A DNA stretch of 64,000 nucleotides from Planctomycetaceae bacterium (lineage in GTDB: Bacteria > Planctomycetota > Planctomycetia > Pirellulales > UBA1268), in assembly GCA_021300535.1 (NCBI GenBank), contig JAJTED010000019.1, forward strand, positions 6,367 to 70,366, given 5' to 3'. The position numbers and the translations under genes were made by a program. Under the pieces are notes generated by a model. That model was given only the letters and a program-made list of their open reading frames with translations, was not told the DNA's origin and searched no databases. Below are positions 29,959 through 39,689 of the stretch, one piece after another. Positions within the stretch are counted from its first letter, which is position 1. Each line of letters starts with the position of its first letter.

Positions 29959-30693
29959 TCAGGAGGCAGGCTTCACGACAAGGCGACAGGTGTAATCCAC
30001 GCGGTTGAGGAAGACGGCGGGGCTCCGGCCGGCGAAGTATTCATCGACTGCCTTTCGGGCTCCCTGCCAGTGGCCGTAGTCGTCGATGATCAGAATGCCG
30101 CCGACGCTGAGCCGCGGATAGAGGTGCTCGAGTTCGTGTCGCGTGGACTCGTACCAATCCGTGTCGAGGCGGAGGATCGCGATCTCGTCGGGGGCGGCCT
30201 GGGGCAGGGTCTCCTCGACACGACCGATCACGAAGTGAACCAGTTCGGGCGGATAGCCTGTGGACCGCATGTTCGACTGCACCTCGCCGAGCGGGCCGTA
30301 CGCCCAGATGGGACTCGTCGCCTTGTCTTCACGCGCCATGGCCGCGGCGGCGGGCACTCCAGCCATGTCGCGATCCCCGTCGGCCGGCGGCGGCATCCCG
30401 TCGAAGGTGTCGCACAGGTAGAGCGGACGCCGTTCGCCGCACTCCATCAATGTTTTGGCGGCTGCCATCATGCTGCCTCCCTTCCAGACGCCGCACTCGA
30501 CGATTGCCCCGGGAATTCTGTTGCGGCAGACATGGAGCACTGCCTGCCGAAGCGCAAAGATTCGTTCGGGACCCGTCATCGTGTACGGCTGCACGACATC
30601 GCACAGCGCCGTCACCTCCGGAGCAAAGTCTGCCGGATACGAGGATCGCTCCGTCGGCTGCCGCCAAAGGCCTCCCAGTCGGACTGAAAGCAT
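29959..30693 (-). CDS. TylF/MycF/NovP-type O-methyltransferase
   Basis: GAIVECGVWKGGS, LYLCDTFDGMP, LRLDTDWYEST and ILIIDDYGHWQGARKAVDEY are hallmark macrocin-O-methyltransferase family blocks. Confidence 0.8.
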   Translation of the reverse strand: MLSVRLGGLWRQPTERSSYPADFAPEVTALCDVVQPYTMTGPERIFALRQAVLHVCRNRIPGAIVECGVWKGGSMMAAAKTLMECGERRPLYLCDTFDGMPPPADGDRDMAGVPAAAAMAREDKATSPIWAYGPLGEVQSNMRSTGYPPELVHFVIGRVEETLPQAAPDEIAILRLDTDWYESTRHELEHLYPRLSVGGILIIDDYGHWQGARKAVDEYFAGRSPAVFLNRVDYTCRLVVKPAS

Positions 30694-30721
30694 GTGCGCG
30701 GCCTCTGTCCCAAGAAAAAGC

Positions 30722-31522
30722 TCAAGCGGCGCCGGCGCAGAGTTCGTAGCCGAGCAACCGCAACGCCGCAGCTGACCGGCAGGTGAAGCGGGCTATCTGT
30801 GCGGGGCTGAGCTCGGCCGTGTACGCCCCGCTGCGGCCCTGGCGAACAAACGGCTTGTCCTTGGGCCAGGCCTTGTTGTCCCACCCTTGGGCGGCCTCGC
30901 GGGTTTTCATGCAGTCGAACCGCGATCCCTTCGCGATGGCGGCTAGTTCTGCCGGACTGCGGTGAACTCCGAGAAAGTCGCTGATACGGCCCAATTCACC
31001 GACGCAGTCGTCGAGCAGGTCCTCGTAGCGAACGAGGATCGTGTCGGCACGAAATGGGTTTCGTTCCCAGGCGAGCACATGGTCTTGCCACTCGCCGAAC
31101 GGGAGTGGCGTGGCACCGTCAACGAGGCTGTCGAGGGGACCGCCTGCCTGGCTTGATTCGTTGAAGTGATGGTACGAGCAGATGACGTCACGGCCGTCTC
31201 GCACCAGACGAATGACGCGTCGATATTCCGGCTGTGGCAGGGAGTGGGTCTTGAAGCACATGGCCTGCAGAAATCGCTTGAAGCAATTCTTGTAATGCAC
31301 GTCCGGCACCAATTCCTGAACCAGCGTGTCGGGCGCGTTTCTCGGGTCGAGCCCATATAAGAGCGACGCCATCATGAGCTGCAGCCACGTGTTGCCGGAC
31401 TTCGGATAGCCCGCAATGAAGACGTCGCGATCGACGAACGTCCCCATCGGGACAAACCCGGACGGAAGAGCCGGCGGTGTCCGGTGACCGAGCCAGCGGC
31501 GGTATCGTGACAGCGAAGACAT
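30722..31522 (-). CDS. sulfotransferase domain protein
   Basis: The PAPS-binding 5'-PSB loop GYPKSGNTW and the 3'-PB region RLVRDGRDVICSYHHF. The start is set at MSSLSRY (31522). Confidence 0.75.
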   Translation of the reverse strand: MSSLSRYRRWLGHRTPPALPSGFVPMGTFVDRDVFIAGYPKSGNTWLQLMMASLLYGLDPRNAPDTLVQELVPDVHYKNCFKRFLQAMCFKTHSLPQPEYRRVIRLVRDGRDVICSYHHFNESSQAGGPLDSLVDGATPLPFGEWQDHVLAWERNPFRADTILVRYEDLLDDCVGELGRISDFLGVHRSPAELAAIAKGSRFDCMKTREAAQGWDNKAWPKDKPFVRQGRSGAYTAELSPAQIARFTCRSAAALRLLGYELCAGAA

Positions 31523-31804
31523 CCTCACAATCCATAGACGGTGCCGCGGATCACAATCGAATCCGTCGGGCTGCGCCCGGCCGGGCGCGGGGGAGTATGA
31601 GCAATCGGCCGGGCGGCCGCAGCGCCGGTTTGGCGGCGGTTTCCCCGGGTACTTCACGGAAAAATCGGCGGGACTGTCGGGCCTGATCCGCTCACCTGGG
31701 TTCGCCGTGGAATGCCTCCCACTCCCGCGGAAAACCATCGGCGTGTTCGCGACTCGTGCGAGTCAACGGAAACGCGATAGGGGGCGGGCGACGCCGCGGC
31801 GTGA

Positions 31805-32440
31805 TCAGGCCGCCCGGGAACGGCGGCCGTCGGGGGGCGGCGTGACGGGGAGCCGCAGGCTCGCGGGCGTGTCGGGCAGGGCGGCCCGCTCGCGGGCGTA
31901 GAACTCCCGCAGCCGCCGTGTGTCGATGCCGAGTGCCCGCCGCACCACGCCGAGCGGCTGGTCGAGCAGGGCGGGGCCCACGGCGCGGTGGATGTCGCGC
32001 GTGCCCATCGTCCGTCCCGCCTCCAGCCCGAGGTCGTAGGCCGCGAGGACGCGCCAGGGAATGCGGTAGGGCTCCGGGTAGACGTGGGCCACGACGGTCT
32101 TGAAGAACCAGCGCTCCACGGGCGAGACGGCCTTCGTGCTGCCCATGGTGAAGCCGATCACGAACGCCTCGTCCTGGCCGAGCAGGCCGCGGCCGAGGAG
32201 CACGTGGATCATGTCGTGGCTGGCGAGATCGACGGCGCCGTGGAGCCGCAGCCAGCCCTGCGGGTTTTCGAAGAGCCGCACGATCCAGGGGATGGCCTGC
32301 GGCGGCGCGGCTGGCAGCGTGGCGAGCACCGCACGGAGCGTGAGGTGGTCGTTGTCGAGCCCCGGAGACCACTTCCGCCAACTGCGGGCGGAAGGATCGC
32401 CCCCGGTCGTCTGCTGGTAATGGATGTCATGCGGGATCAT
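31805..32440 (-). CDS. hypothetical protein with a Coq4-like HDxxH-x11-E motif
   Basis: SHDMIHVLLGRGLLGQDE matches the Coq4-family zinc-ligand pattern HDxxH(x11)E. The start is set at MIPHDIHY (32440). Confidence 0.4.
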   Translation of the reverse strand: MIPHDIHYQQTTGGDPSARSWRKWSPGLDNDHLTLRAVLATLPAAPPQAIPWIVRLFENPQGWLRLHGAVDLASHDMIHVLLGRGLLGQDEAFVIGFTMGSTKAVSPVERWFFKTVVAHVYPEPYRIPWRVLAAYDLGLEAGRTMGTRDIHRAVGPALLDQPLGVVRRALGIDTRRLREFYARERAALPDTPASLRLPVTPPPDGRRSRAA

Positions 32441-32603
32441 GGCTGCACCTTCAGCCGGCCGCGGACACTGGATGACCAGGGCAATCATACGGCGGTCAAG
32501 TGCCGTTTTTCGCGGGCCTGCGAACCCGCGGACCATGGTTGTCCGCGGCCGACGCGACACTTTCCGCAGACGGTCCCGGAGACCCGACACCGAGGAGGCA
32601 GCG

Positions 32604-32795
32604 ATGAAAGATCCGCATCACAACCGGCTGCACGGCTACGAGGCGGGCTGGCTCACGCTGCTGCTGCAGATGGGCGTGGCGAGCGAGGCCGAACTGCGGG
32701 AGGCCCAGGGCCGCGTGGCCCGCGCGGCCATCGAGCGGATGGAGGCCCAGAAGGCCCGTCGCCGCGAGGAGCGGCGTCGCAAGCGCCGCGAGTAA
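32604..32795 (+). CDS. small (63 aa) hypothetical protein with an Arg/Glu-rich C-terminus
   Basis: The ATG is preceded by a gaggagg SD 6-12 nt upstream. I recognised no family. Confidence 0.4.
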   Translation: MKDPHHNRLHGYEAGWLTLLLQMGVASEAELREAQGRVARAAIERMEAQKARRREERRRKRRE

Positions 32796-32886
32796 AATCG
32801 GGGACGGGAGGGGATTTCAAGAAACTGAAAGCGGCGCAGCACGTGGTGCTATTGGAAATCCGCTCCCGTCCCCAATTTCGCCCAAA

Positions 32887-32932
32887 TACTCCCGACAGGG
32901 ATCGAACCTGTAACCTTCAGCTCCGGAGGCTG
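32887..32932 (-). repeat. attL: a 46-bp perfect copy of the 3' part of tRNA-Arg(CCG)
   Basis: tactcccgacagggatcgaacctgtaaccttcagctccggaggctg is identical to 39486..39531 (offset 6599 bp). It covers the tRNA from the anticodon stem to the 3' end. Confidence 0.9.
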
Positions 32933-32942
32933 CGGGCAGGGT

Positions 32943-33173
32943 GTGACTTCGCCCGGGAAAACAAGGGGTGAAACGACACCGGCCGCGGAGTGTTGCACCC
33001 CACGTTGCACCCGATCCGCGAATCGGCTCGACGTGCTCGCCCGCGCCGTGGCCCTGGTCGCCGCCATGCCCGGGCTGACGGACGACGAGCGCGTGGCCCT
33101 CGTCGAGCGGCTCGCCGCAGGCACCGACGTCGCCACGGCGAACGACGCCACGCCGAACGACGCCACAGCCTGA
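32943..33173 (+). CDS. hypothetical ORF that would be fused in frame to the integrase after excision
   Basis: GTG-initiated 76-codon ORF. It is in the same frame as the int ORF when read across a reconstituted attP (see findings). It ends in an ANDATPNDATA tandem repeat. Confidence 0.3.
   Translation: MTSPGKTRGETTPAAECCTPRCTRSANRLDVLARAVALVAAMPGLTDDERVALVERLAAGTDVATANDATPNDATA
32992..33012 (+). promoter_or_regulatory. candidate integrase arm-type sites (2x GTTGCACCC, 12-bp phasing), left arm
   Basis: GTTGCACCC occurs at 32992-33000 and 33004-33012, about 60 bp inside attL. The same 9-mer pair, with the same spacing and orientation, lies near attR. Confidence 0.5.
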
Positions 33174-33395
33174 CCGCCGACGGCCTGCGGGCCTGGTCGC
33201 CGCCGGCGGCACGGCCGCCACCTTCCCGGCCGCGGCCGTCTCGCAGACGACCTCGTGGTCGAGATCACGCCGCCGTCGGGGGCGCCCGCACGGCCACCAC
33301 GGTGCTCACCACGGTGCTCGTGATCGACCTGCTGCCGCAGGCCGCCACGGCCGGCGAGATCGAGCACGAACCGCCGCCAAAGATTTTTGACCGAC

Positions 33396-33478
33396 GGCCT
33401 ATAGGGCAAATCGGTGGGGCCTTCGTAGCGTGGCGTTCGCGATGGAATCCAAAGGTGGCCTATATGTCAAGTCGGTGG
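33396..33478 (+). promoter_or_regulatory. two 22-bp direct repeats upstream of the first island gene (candidate operator or promoter elements)
   Basis: ggcctatagggcaaatcggtgg (33396-33417) and ggcctatatgtcaagtcggtgg (33457-33478) match at 19 of 22 positions, 61 bp apart. They sit in a locally AT-richer stretch just upstream of the alpA-like gene. Confidence 0.4.
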
Positions 33479-33528
33479 CCTCCCCATAGGTTCCGGTCGT
33501 GATGACTTCACCCCTCGGAGAGAACGCC

Positions 33529-33768
33529 ATGCCCCAGACCTTGAACGCTGCGGAACGCCACGAGCCGCAGATGTTGTCCGCCGCTGCCGTGGCCCAGATC
33601 CTCGACACCACGCCGCTCGTCGTCCGCAGGCTCGCGGCCAACGGCCGCTTCCCGCAGCCCGTCCGGTTGAACCGGAAGTGTGCCAGATGGCCACGGCAGG
33701 TTGTCGAGGCCTGGATCACGAACGTCGCATCCCCACGGCCGGCCGCCGGCGGGAGGGCTGCGAAATGA
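33529..33768 (+). CDS. AlpA/excisionase-type helix-turn-helix protein
   Basis: MLSAAAVAQILDTTPLVVRRLAANGRFPQPVRLNRKCARWPRQVVEAWI matches the HTH_17/AlpA pattern. A ggaga SD-like sequence lies upstream of the ATG at 33529. Confidence 0.65.
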   Translation: MPQTLNAAERHEPQMLSAAAVAQILDTTPLVVRRLAANGRFPQPVRLNRKCARWPRQVVEAWITNVASPRPAAGGRAAK

Positions 33769-34019
33769 TCAAGGTGCTCAACACTTCGCGCGGGCGAGCG
33801 GTCGCCGTGTTTTGTGACTCCTGCGAAAAGCGCATCAGGAACGCTCGGTTGGCGGTAGTGGTGGCTGGGCCTGGAAGGCGGGCGATGTTCGCCCACAAGG
33901 GCGGCTGTCACAAGGTGCTGGAGGAGATCTTCCCGGGCACTTCGCCGGATGGCTTCCTGGAGTTTTCCGAAGCACTGGCCCAGACGGCCGCGAATAGCGG
34001 CGCCGATCGGCGGGCCTGA
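33765..34019 (+). CDS. hypothetical island protein (Cys-containing, 84 aa)
   Basis: ATGA overlap with the upstream gene. CDSCEKRI...HKGGCH suggests a possible small zinc-binding protein. I recognised no family. Confidence 0.4.
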   Translation: MIKVLNTSRGRAVAVFCDSCEKRIRNARLAVVVAGPGRRAMFAHKGGCHKVLEEIFPGTSPDGFLEFSEALAQTAANSGADRRA

Positions 34020-34109
34020 AACGAGTCGGGCCGGCGGAGCGCACTCTCCGCCGGCCCTTCGCGAGATCGCAGCAGCAGACGCCATTCCCACCACAGGAAA
34101 AGAATCCGC

Positions 34110-34349
34110 ATGCACCAGACAGCATACACGCCGACGCCACCGCGCGACGAGCCTGAACTGCTCGACAGTAGGGCAGTGGCCGCCATGCTCACCGTGAGCG
34201 TGCGACACGTCGAGCGGCTCGCGGAGGCAGGCCGGATGCCCGCGGGCCTGAAGATCGGCCGGCTGCGGCGCTGGCGCCGTAGGGTGATTCTCGACTGGAT
34301 CGAGCGCGGTGCTCCCGTCTGCCGCAGGCCGGCCGGAGGCGGCCGATGA
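34110..34349 (+). CDS. AlpA/excisionase-type helix-turn-helix protein (second copy)
   Basis: LLDSRAVAAMLTVSVRHVERLAEAGRMPAGLKIGRLRRWRRRVILDWIERG is the classic Xis/AlpA HTH followed by the W motif. Confidence 0.65.
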   Translation: MHQTAYTPTPPRDEPELLDSRAVAAMLTVSVRHVERLAEAGRMPAGLKIGRLRRWRRRVILDWIERGAPVCRRPAGGGR

Positions 34350-34594
34350 ACCGCGCCGAAATCATCGCGGCCGCAGACTTGTCGCTCCTGGTTGGCCGGA
34401 GGCGGGCGGCACAAGCCGTCACCGACCCGGAGATGATCGCCGGAGTCGCTGAAGCTCTCGCGGTGGCTCACTGCCACTACGTCGCCGCCGGGCTGGGCCG
34501 ACGTGCTGCCGTCCTCGTGCGGTTCGTGCGGCGGCTCTCGTGGCGCTGGGCCGACCACGCCGCGGCGACGTCCAGGCGGAGGCGCTCACGATGA
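34346..34594 (+). CDS. hypothetical island protein
   Basis: ATGA overlaps at both ends (34346-34349 and 34591-34594) tie it into the operon. I recognised no family. Confidence 0.4.
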   Translation: MNRAEIIAAADLSLLVGRRRAAQAVTDPEMIAGVAEALAVAHCHYVAAGLGRRAAVLVRFVRRLSWRWADHAAATSRRRRSR

Positions 34595-35970
34595 CCGCCA
34601 CGAACATGGACGACCTCGGATTCGACGAGGCCGCGCTCGCGGCCGCGCTGCTCGACCTGCTCGATCGTGACGAACAGGCCGTGCCGGGCATCGTCGCCAA
34701 CCTGCCCCGGCTCACCACGCCGGCGGGAATCATCGTCAACGTGATCCGCGAGGCCGTGGCCAGCGGCCAGACACCCACCCGCGTGGACGTGTGGAACGAA
34801 TCGCAGGTGGATGATCCGGTCGGGGAGATTCGGGCCGCGCTTGTCGAGGCCATGGGCGACAAGGTGGCGACCGGCCGCCGGTCCGCAGACGTGGCCCGTC
34901 GTGCCGCAGGCAGGATCGTGGCCCGGCACCACGAGGTTGCTCTCGCGGATGCCCTGGCTGCTGCTGCCGCCGCCCCCGGCGATGCCGACCGATGGAGCGA
35001 CGCCGTGGCGGCCCGGGCTCGCCTGGAGGCGGGATCGACGCCCAGGAAGCTCCAGACGGCAATGGACGCCCTCGACCGCTGGGCGAAGAACGAGACGACG
35101 CCCGTCGTGCCGACCGGATTCGCATGGCTGGATCGGGCCACCGACGGCGGTCTGCCCGCAGGCGGGCTCACGGCCCTGGTCGCACCGCCGGGAGTGGGCA
35201 AGTCTGCTCTGGCTCTCCAGTGGGCCGTGGGGGCCATGCTCGCGGATGCCGACCTGCGAGTTGTCTGGGCGGCCGGCGAGATGACGCTCGCCGGGATCGG
35301 CCGGCGGCTCGTGACCGTGGGCTCCGGGCTGGTCGAGGGCTGCGATCCGATCACGATGACGGAGGCCGGCAAGGGCACCCCCCGTGCTCGTGCGGCTGGC
35401 CGTCGCGTGGCGGAGGCGATCGGGGACCGGTTGGCGTTCGTGGAACCGCCGATCACCGTCGCCGCGATCGACGCCGCCGTGGTTGAGACGGGCGCGCGGC
35501 TCGTCGTTGTGGACTACCTGCAACTCGTCGCCGTTCCCGACGGTGGCCGGGACCGCACCGCCGACCTCGATCGCACCGTCGGCCAGATCCGCGACATGGC
35601 GATCCGTCGGGAGGCCGCCATCGTCGTCGTCTCGTCGCTGGCCAAGGCGACAGCAGCAGCGGCTCACGCCGGGCAACTGGGCCGTGGCACCGCGGAGATC
35701 GGTTTCGCAGCCGAGTTGGTCTACTCCGGCGAGCGGGAGGAGACAGCCGACGGCCGGCCCGTCGTCGGGCCTGACGGGACCGTGAACGTGACGTGGCGGT
35801 GTGCCAAGGCGCGGAACGGCGAGCCGCGAGATCTTCGCCTGCGGTTCGACGGTGCCGCCCAGACCTACGCCGACGACGGGCAGGAGATCACCTACTTCCC
35901 GACGGTGCCGCCGGGGGCGCTGGGCATCGTCACCCTCGACACCTGGACGCCGCCGGAGGCCGTGCAATGA
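34591..35970 (+). CDS. DnaB-like replicative helicase (RecA-fold ATPase)
   Basis: PTGFAWLDRATDGGLPAGGLTALVAPPGVGKSALAL (DnaB_C entry motif plus Walker A) and LVVVDYLQLV (Walker B), with an N-terminal helical domain. Confidence 0.75.
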   Translation: MTATNMDDLGFDEAALAAALLDLLDRDEQAVPGIVANLPRLTTPAGIIVNVIREAVASGQTPTRVDVWNESQVDDPVGEIRAALVEAMGDKVATGRRSADVARRAAGRIVARHHEVALADALAAAAAAPGDADRWSDAVAARARLEAGSTPRKLQTAMDALDRWAKNETTPVVPTGFAWLDRATDGGLPAGGLTALVAPPGVGKSALALQWAVGAMLADADLRVVWAAGEMTLAGIGRRLVTVGSGLVEGCDPITMTEAGKGTPRARAAGRRVAEAIGDRLAFVEPPITVAAIDAAVVETGARLVVVDYLQLVAVPDGGRDRTADLDRTVGQIRDMAIRREAAIVVVSSLAKATAAAAHAGQLGRGTAEIGFAAELVYSGEREETADGRPVVGPDGTVNVTWRCAKARNGEPRDLRLRFDGAAQTYADDGQEITYFPTVPPGALGIVTLDTWTPPEAVQ

Positions 35971-36512
35971 CACCGGACCTAGGTGCTCGTGCTCGTGCTC
36001 GGCTGGCCGATCGGCCTGCACAGGAGCAGCAGTCTCCGCCCCCGGCCGCCGCCACGGCCGCCCCGCCCCGATCGGCCGGCAAGGGCGGCGATGCACGGGA
36101 CAAGGCGAACCGTCGGTTCAAGACGTTCAACGCCTTCACCGATTCAGTCGGCCGGTACGTTCCTGCCCATGCCCGTGAGGCCTGGCACGTCGTCTTTCGG
36201 TTCGCGGACGCCATCACCAACGAGGCTGAATTGAGGGTGCCAGACATATCGGCGCGGCTGGGGTGCGACAACCGGACGGTGGAGCGTGGCCTGAAGTGGC
36301 TGATGGTCGCCGGCCTGATCACGAGGCTGCGGCGCGGCACGCGGCAGGGCGGGGCGAGCCGGTATTTCATCGACCCAGACCCAGGCCGACGCCTGGACGA
36401 CCTGAAGGCCATGCACGAGGAACGCGATGGCAGGAAGCGGCCACGCATCGGCCGCGCCGTTCCCCCCGCGAACCGCGCCAAGAGCGGCCGGTTCACAACC
36501 CGACAGCGGTGA
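35967..36512 (+). CDS. winged-helix DNA-binding protein (candidate replication initiator)
   Basis: VPDISARLGCDNRTVERGLKWLMVAGLITRL is HTH/wHTH-like. It has an ATGA overlap with the helicase gene, and iterons start at its 3' end. Confidence 0.5.
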   Translation: MTPDLGARARARLADRPAQEQQSPPPAAATAAPPRSAGKGGDARDKANRRFKTFNAFTDSVGRYVPAHAREAWHVVFRFADAITNEAELRVPDISARLGCDNRTVERGLKWLMVAGLITRLRRGTRQGGASRYFIDPDPGRRLDDLKAMHEERDGRKRPRIGRAVPPANRAKSGRFTTRQR

Positions 36513-36561
36513 CGCCTTGAACGATTCACAACCCGACAAAGGTACGGCCTACAACCCGACA
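36495..36561 (+). repeat. three direct ACAACCCGACA iterons (candidate island replication origin)
   Basis: Exact 11-mers at 36495-36505, 36528-36538 and 36551-36561 (spacing 33 and 23 bp), immediately at and after the wHTH gene stop. Confidence 0.5.
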
Positions 36562-36684
36562 CGGGTGACGGCGGTTCTACAAAGGAACAGAAGGGCCGGC
36601 GGTCGCCTTTTGGCTCCCGCCGCCCCCGACAGGATGACCCGAGCAGTAGCAGGTGGCCGTGGCAGTGTCGCCACGGTGCCGACG

Positions 36685-37029
36685 ATGACGGATGACAACC
36701 CCCAGGAGATCGACGGTATGAACACCACGAAGATCGTGCGAAAGACGACAGACAAGTGGCTCGCAGCCTTGGCAGACGACCTCGGCATGGTCGCCGGTTG
36801 CATCCGCGAGGCACTGGACGACCTCGACGGCATTCTGGCAGGGGCCACGGCCGCCGATCCCATGGTCTGCAAGGCCGCCACGGCCAAGCTCGTGGCGCAG
36901 GCGGCGGAGTTGGATAGCTGCTCCGCCGACCTCGTGGTACTCGCAGATCAAATGCAGGCCGCTACGCCACCGGCACGGCCGCAGGCCGGGAAGGGCCGGC
37001 GGAGCGGAGCCGCGAGGGCCAGACGGTGA
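36685..37029 (+). CDS. hypothetical island protein
   Basis: Helical, Ala/Asp-rich ORF in the operon orientation. The start (36685 or 36718) is uncertain and I recognised no family. Confidence 0.3.
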   Translation: MTDDNPQEIDGMNTTKIVRKTTDKWLAALADDLGMVAGCIREALDDLDGILAGATAADPMVCKAATAKLVAQAAELDSCSADLVVLADQMQAATPPARPQAGKGRRSGAARARR

Positions 37030-37154
37030 CCCCGGCGTGAGATCGACCCCAGGGTACCTTTCCAGGGAAATGGCTATCTCCCCGGAGGACCCCACGCTAC
37101 CACCAGGCGAGCGACAGATCGTAGACCCCGTTTTCCCGAAAGTGAGGTGACAGC

Positions 37155-37610
37155 ATGGCCAACAAAGGACCGCTCGCAGGATCGCATTCAGCCCGCCGCC
37201 GATGGCATGGCGACAGCCCCTCGCGGACTTCGACGCGCGGGGCCGCCGGCTCTCCGCGGATGCCGGCCGACATTGGGAAGATCCCCGAAGCGGCGGCATT
37301 CTGGCGGCGGCTGGCGCCGATCCTGATCGACGACGGGCGGCTGACGCCTGATCGGGCGGACGCATTCGCCACGCTGGCCCGGCTCCATGCCACGCGGGTG
37401 GAACTGCGGTCGCTGCTCGCGCAGCAAGGCTTCACGGTCCAGACGAAGGACGGCACCACGGCCAACCCGGTCGCCCGGCTCCTGCGGAATGCCGAGACGG
37501 ACTGGCTCTCGATCGCCCGAGACTTCGGCCTGACGCCGGGGGCCGCCGCGAGGCTTCCGGCATTCGACGCGAATGACGAGGAGGAAGATGCGCTGGCCAA
37601 GTTCCTGTGA
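37155..37610 (+). CDS. phage terminase small subunit, P27 family
   Basis: PEAAAFWRRLAPILIDDGRLTPDRADAFATLARLHATRVELRSLLAQQGFTVQTKDGTTANPVARLLRNAETDWLSIARDFGLTPGAAARL follows the Terminase_4 (P27) consensus (W..l...L...g.l...D...l..y; nP; elGLTP..R.rl). An alternative start is at 37260. Confidence 0.7.
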   Translation: MANKGPLAGSHSARRRWHGDSPSRTSTRGAAGSPRMPADIGKIPEAAAFWRRLAPILIDDGRLTPDRADAFATLARLHATRVELRSLLAQQGFTVQTKDGTTANPVARLLRNAETDWLSIARDFGLTPGAAARLPAFDANDEEEDALAKFL

Positions 37611-37801
37611 CGCTCGCACCGCAGGCCGCCACGGCCTGAAAAACGGAGGGTATCCAAGGCCGGCCAGCAGGCTGATCGGCCCGCAGATCGAATCCTAGAG
37701 GCCCGTTCCCGGCCGCCGTGGCCGGAAGGGCACGAGATAGATGCCGAACCGCCCAACGAGCCGATGTAGGCTGCGGGCAGACCAAAAGGGAGAACACCAC
37801 C

Positions 37802-39559
<1,758 letters not shown>

Positions 39560-39689
39560 GAATCACGGACGAGCGGAAGTCTACCAGACTTTGCAATGAA
39601 GTTCTGCCACCGCGAGGTGCGGCCTCCGCTGACCGCGGAAAACCGCAGCCTTCCGGCCGGGCACGCCGCTGGTTTCTCCCCACGGCACG

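Noticed and set aside
33399-34208. 269-aa minus-strand ORF inside the island as a possible divergently transcribed repressor
   Set aside because: It has no HTH or other motif and Arg/Ala-rich composition. It is antisense to three plus-strand genes that are linked by ATGA overlaps and have clear AlpA-type motifs.
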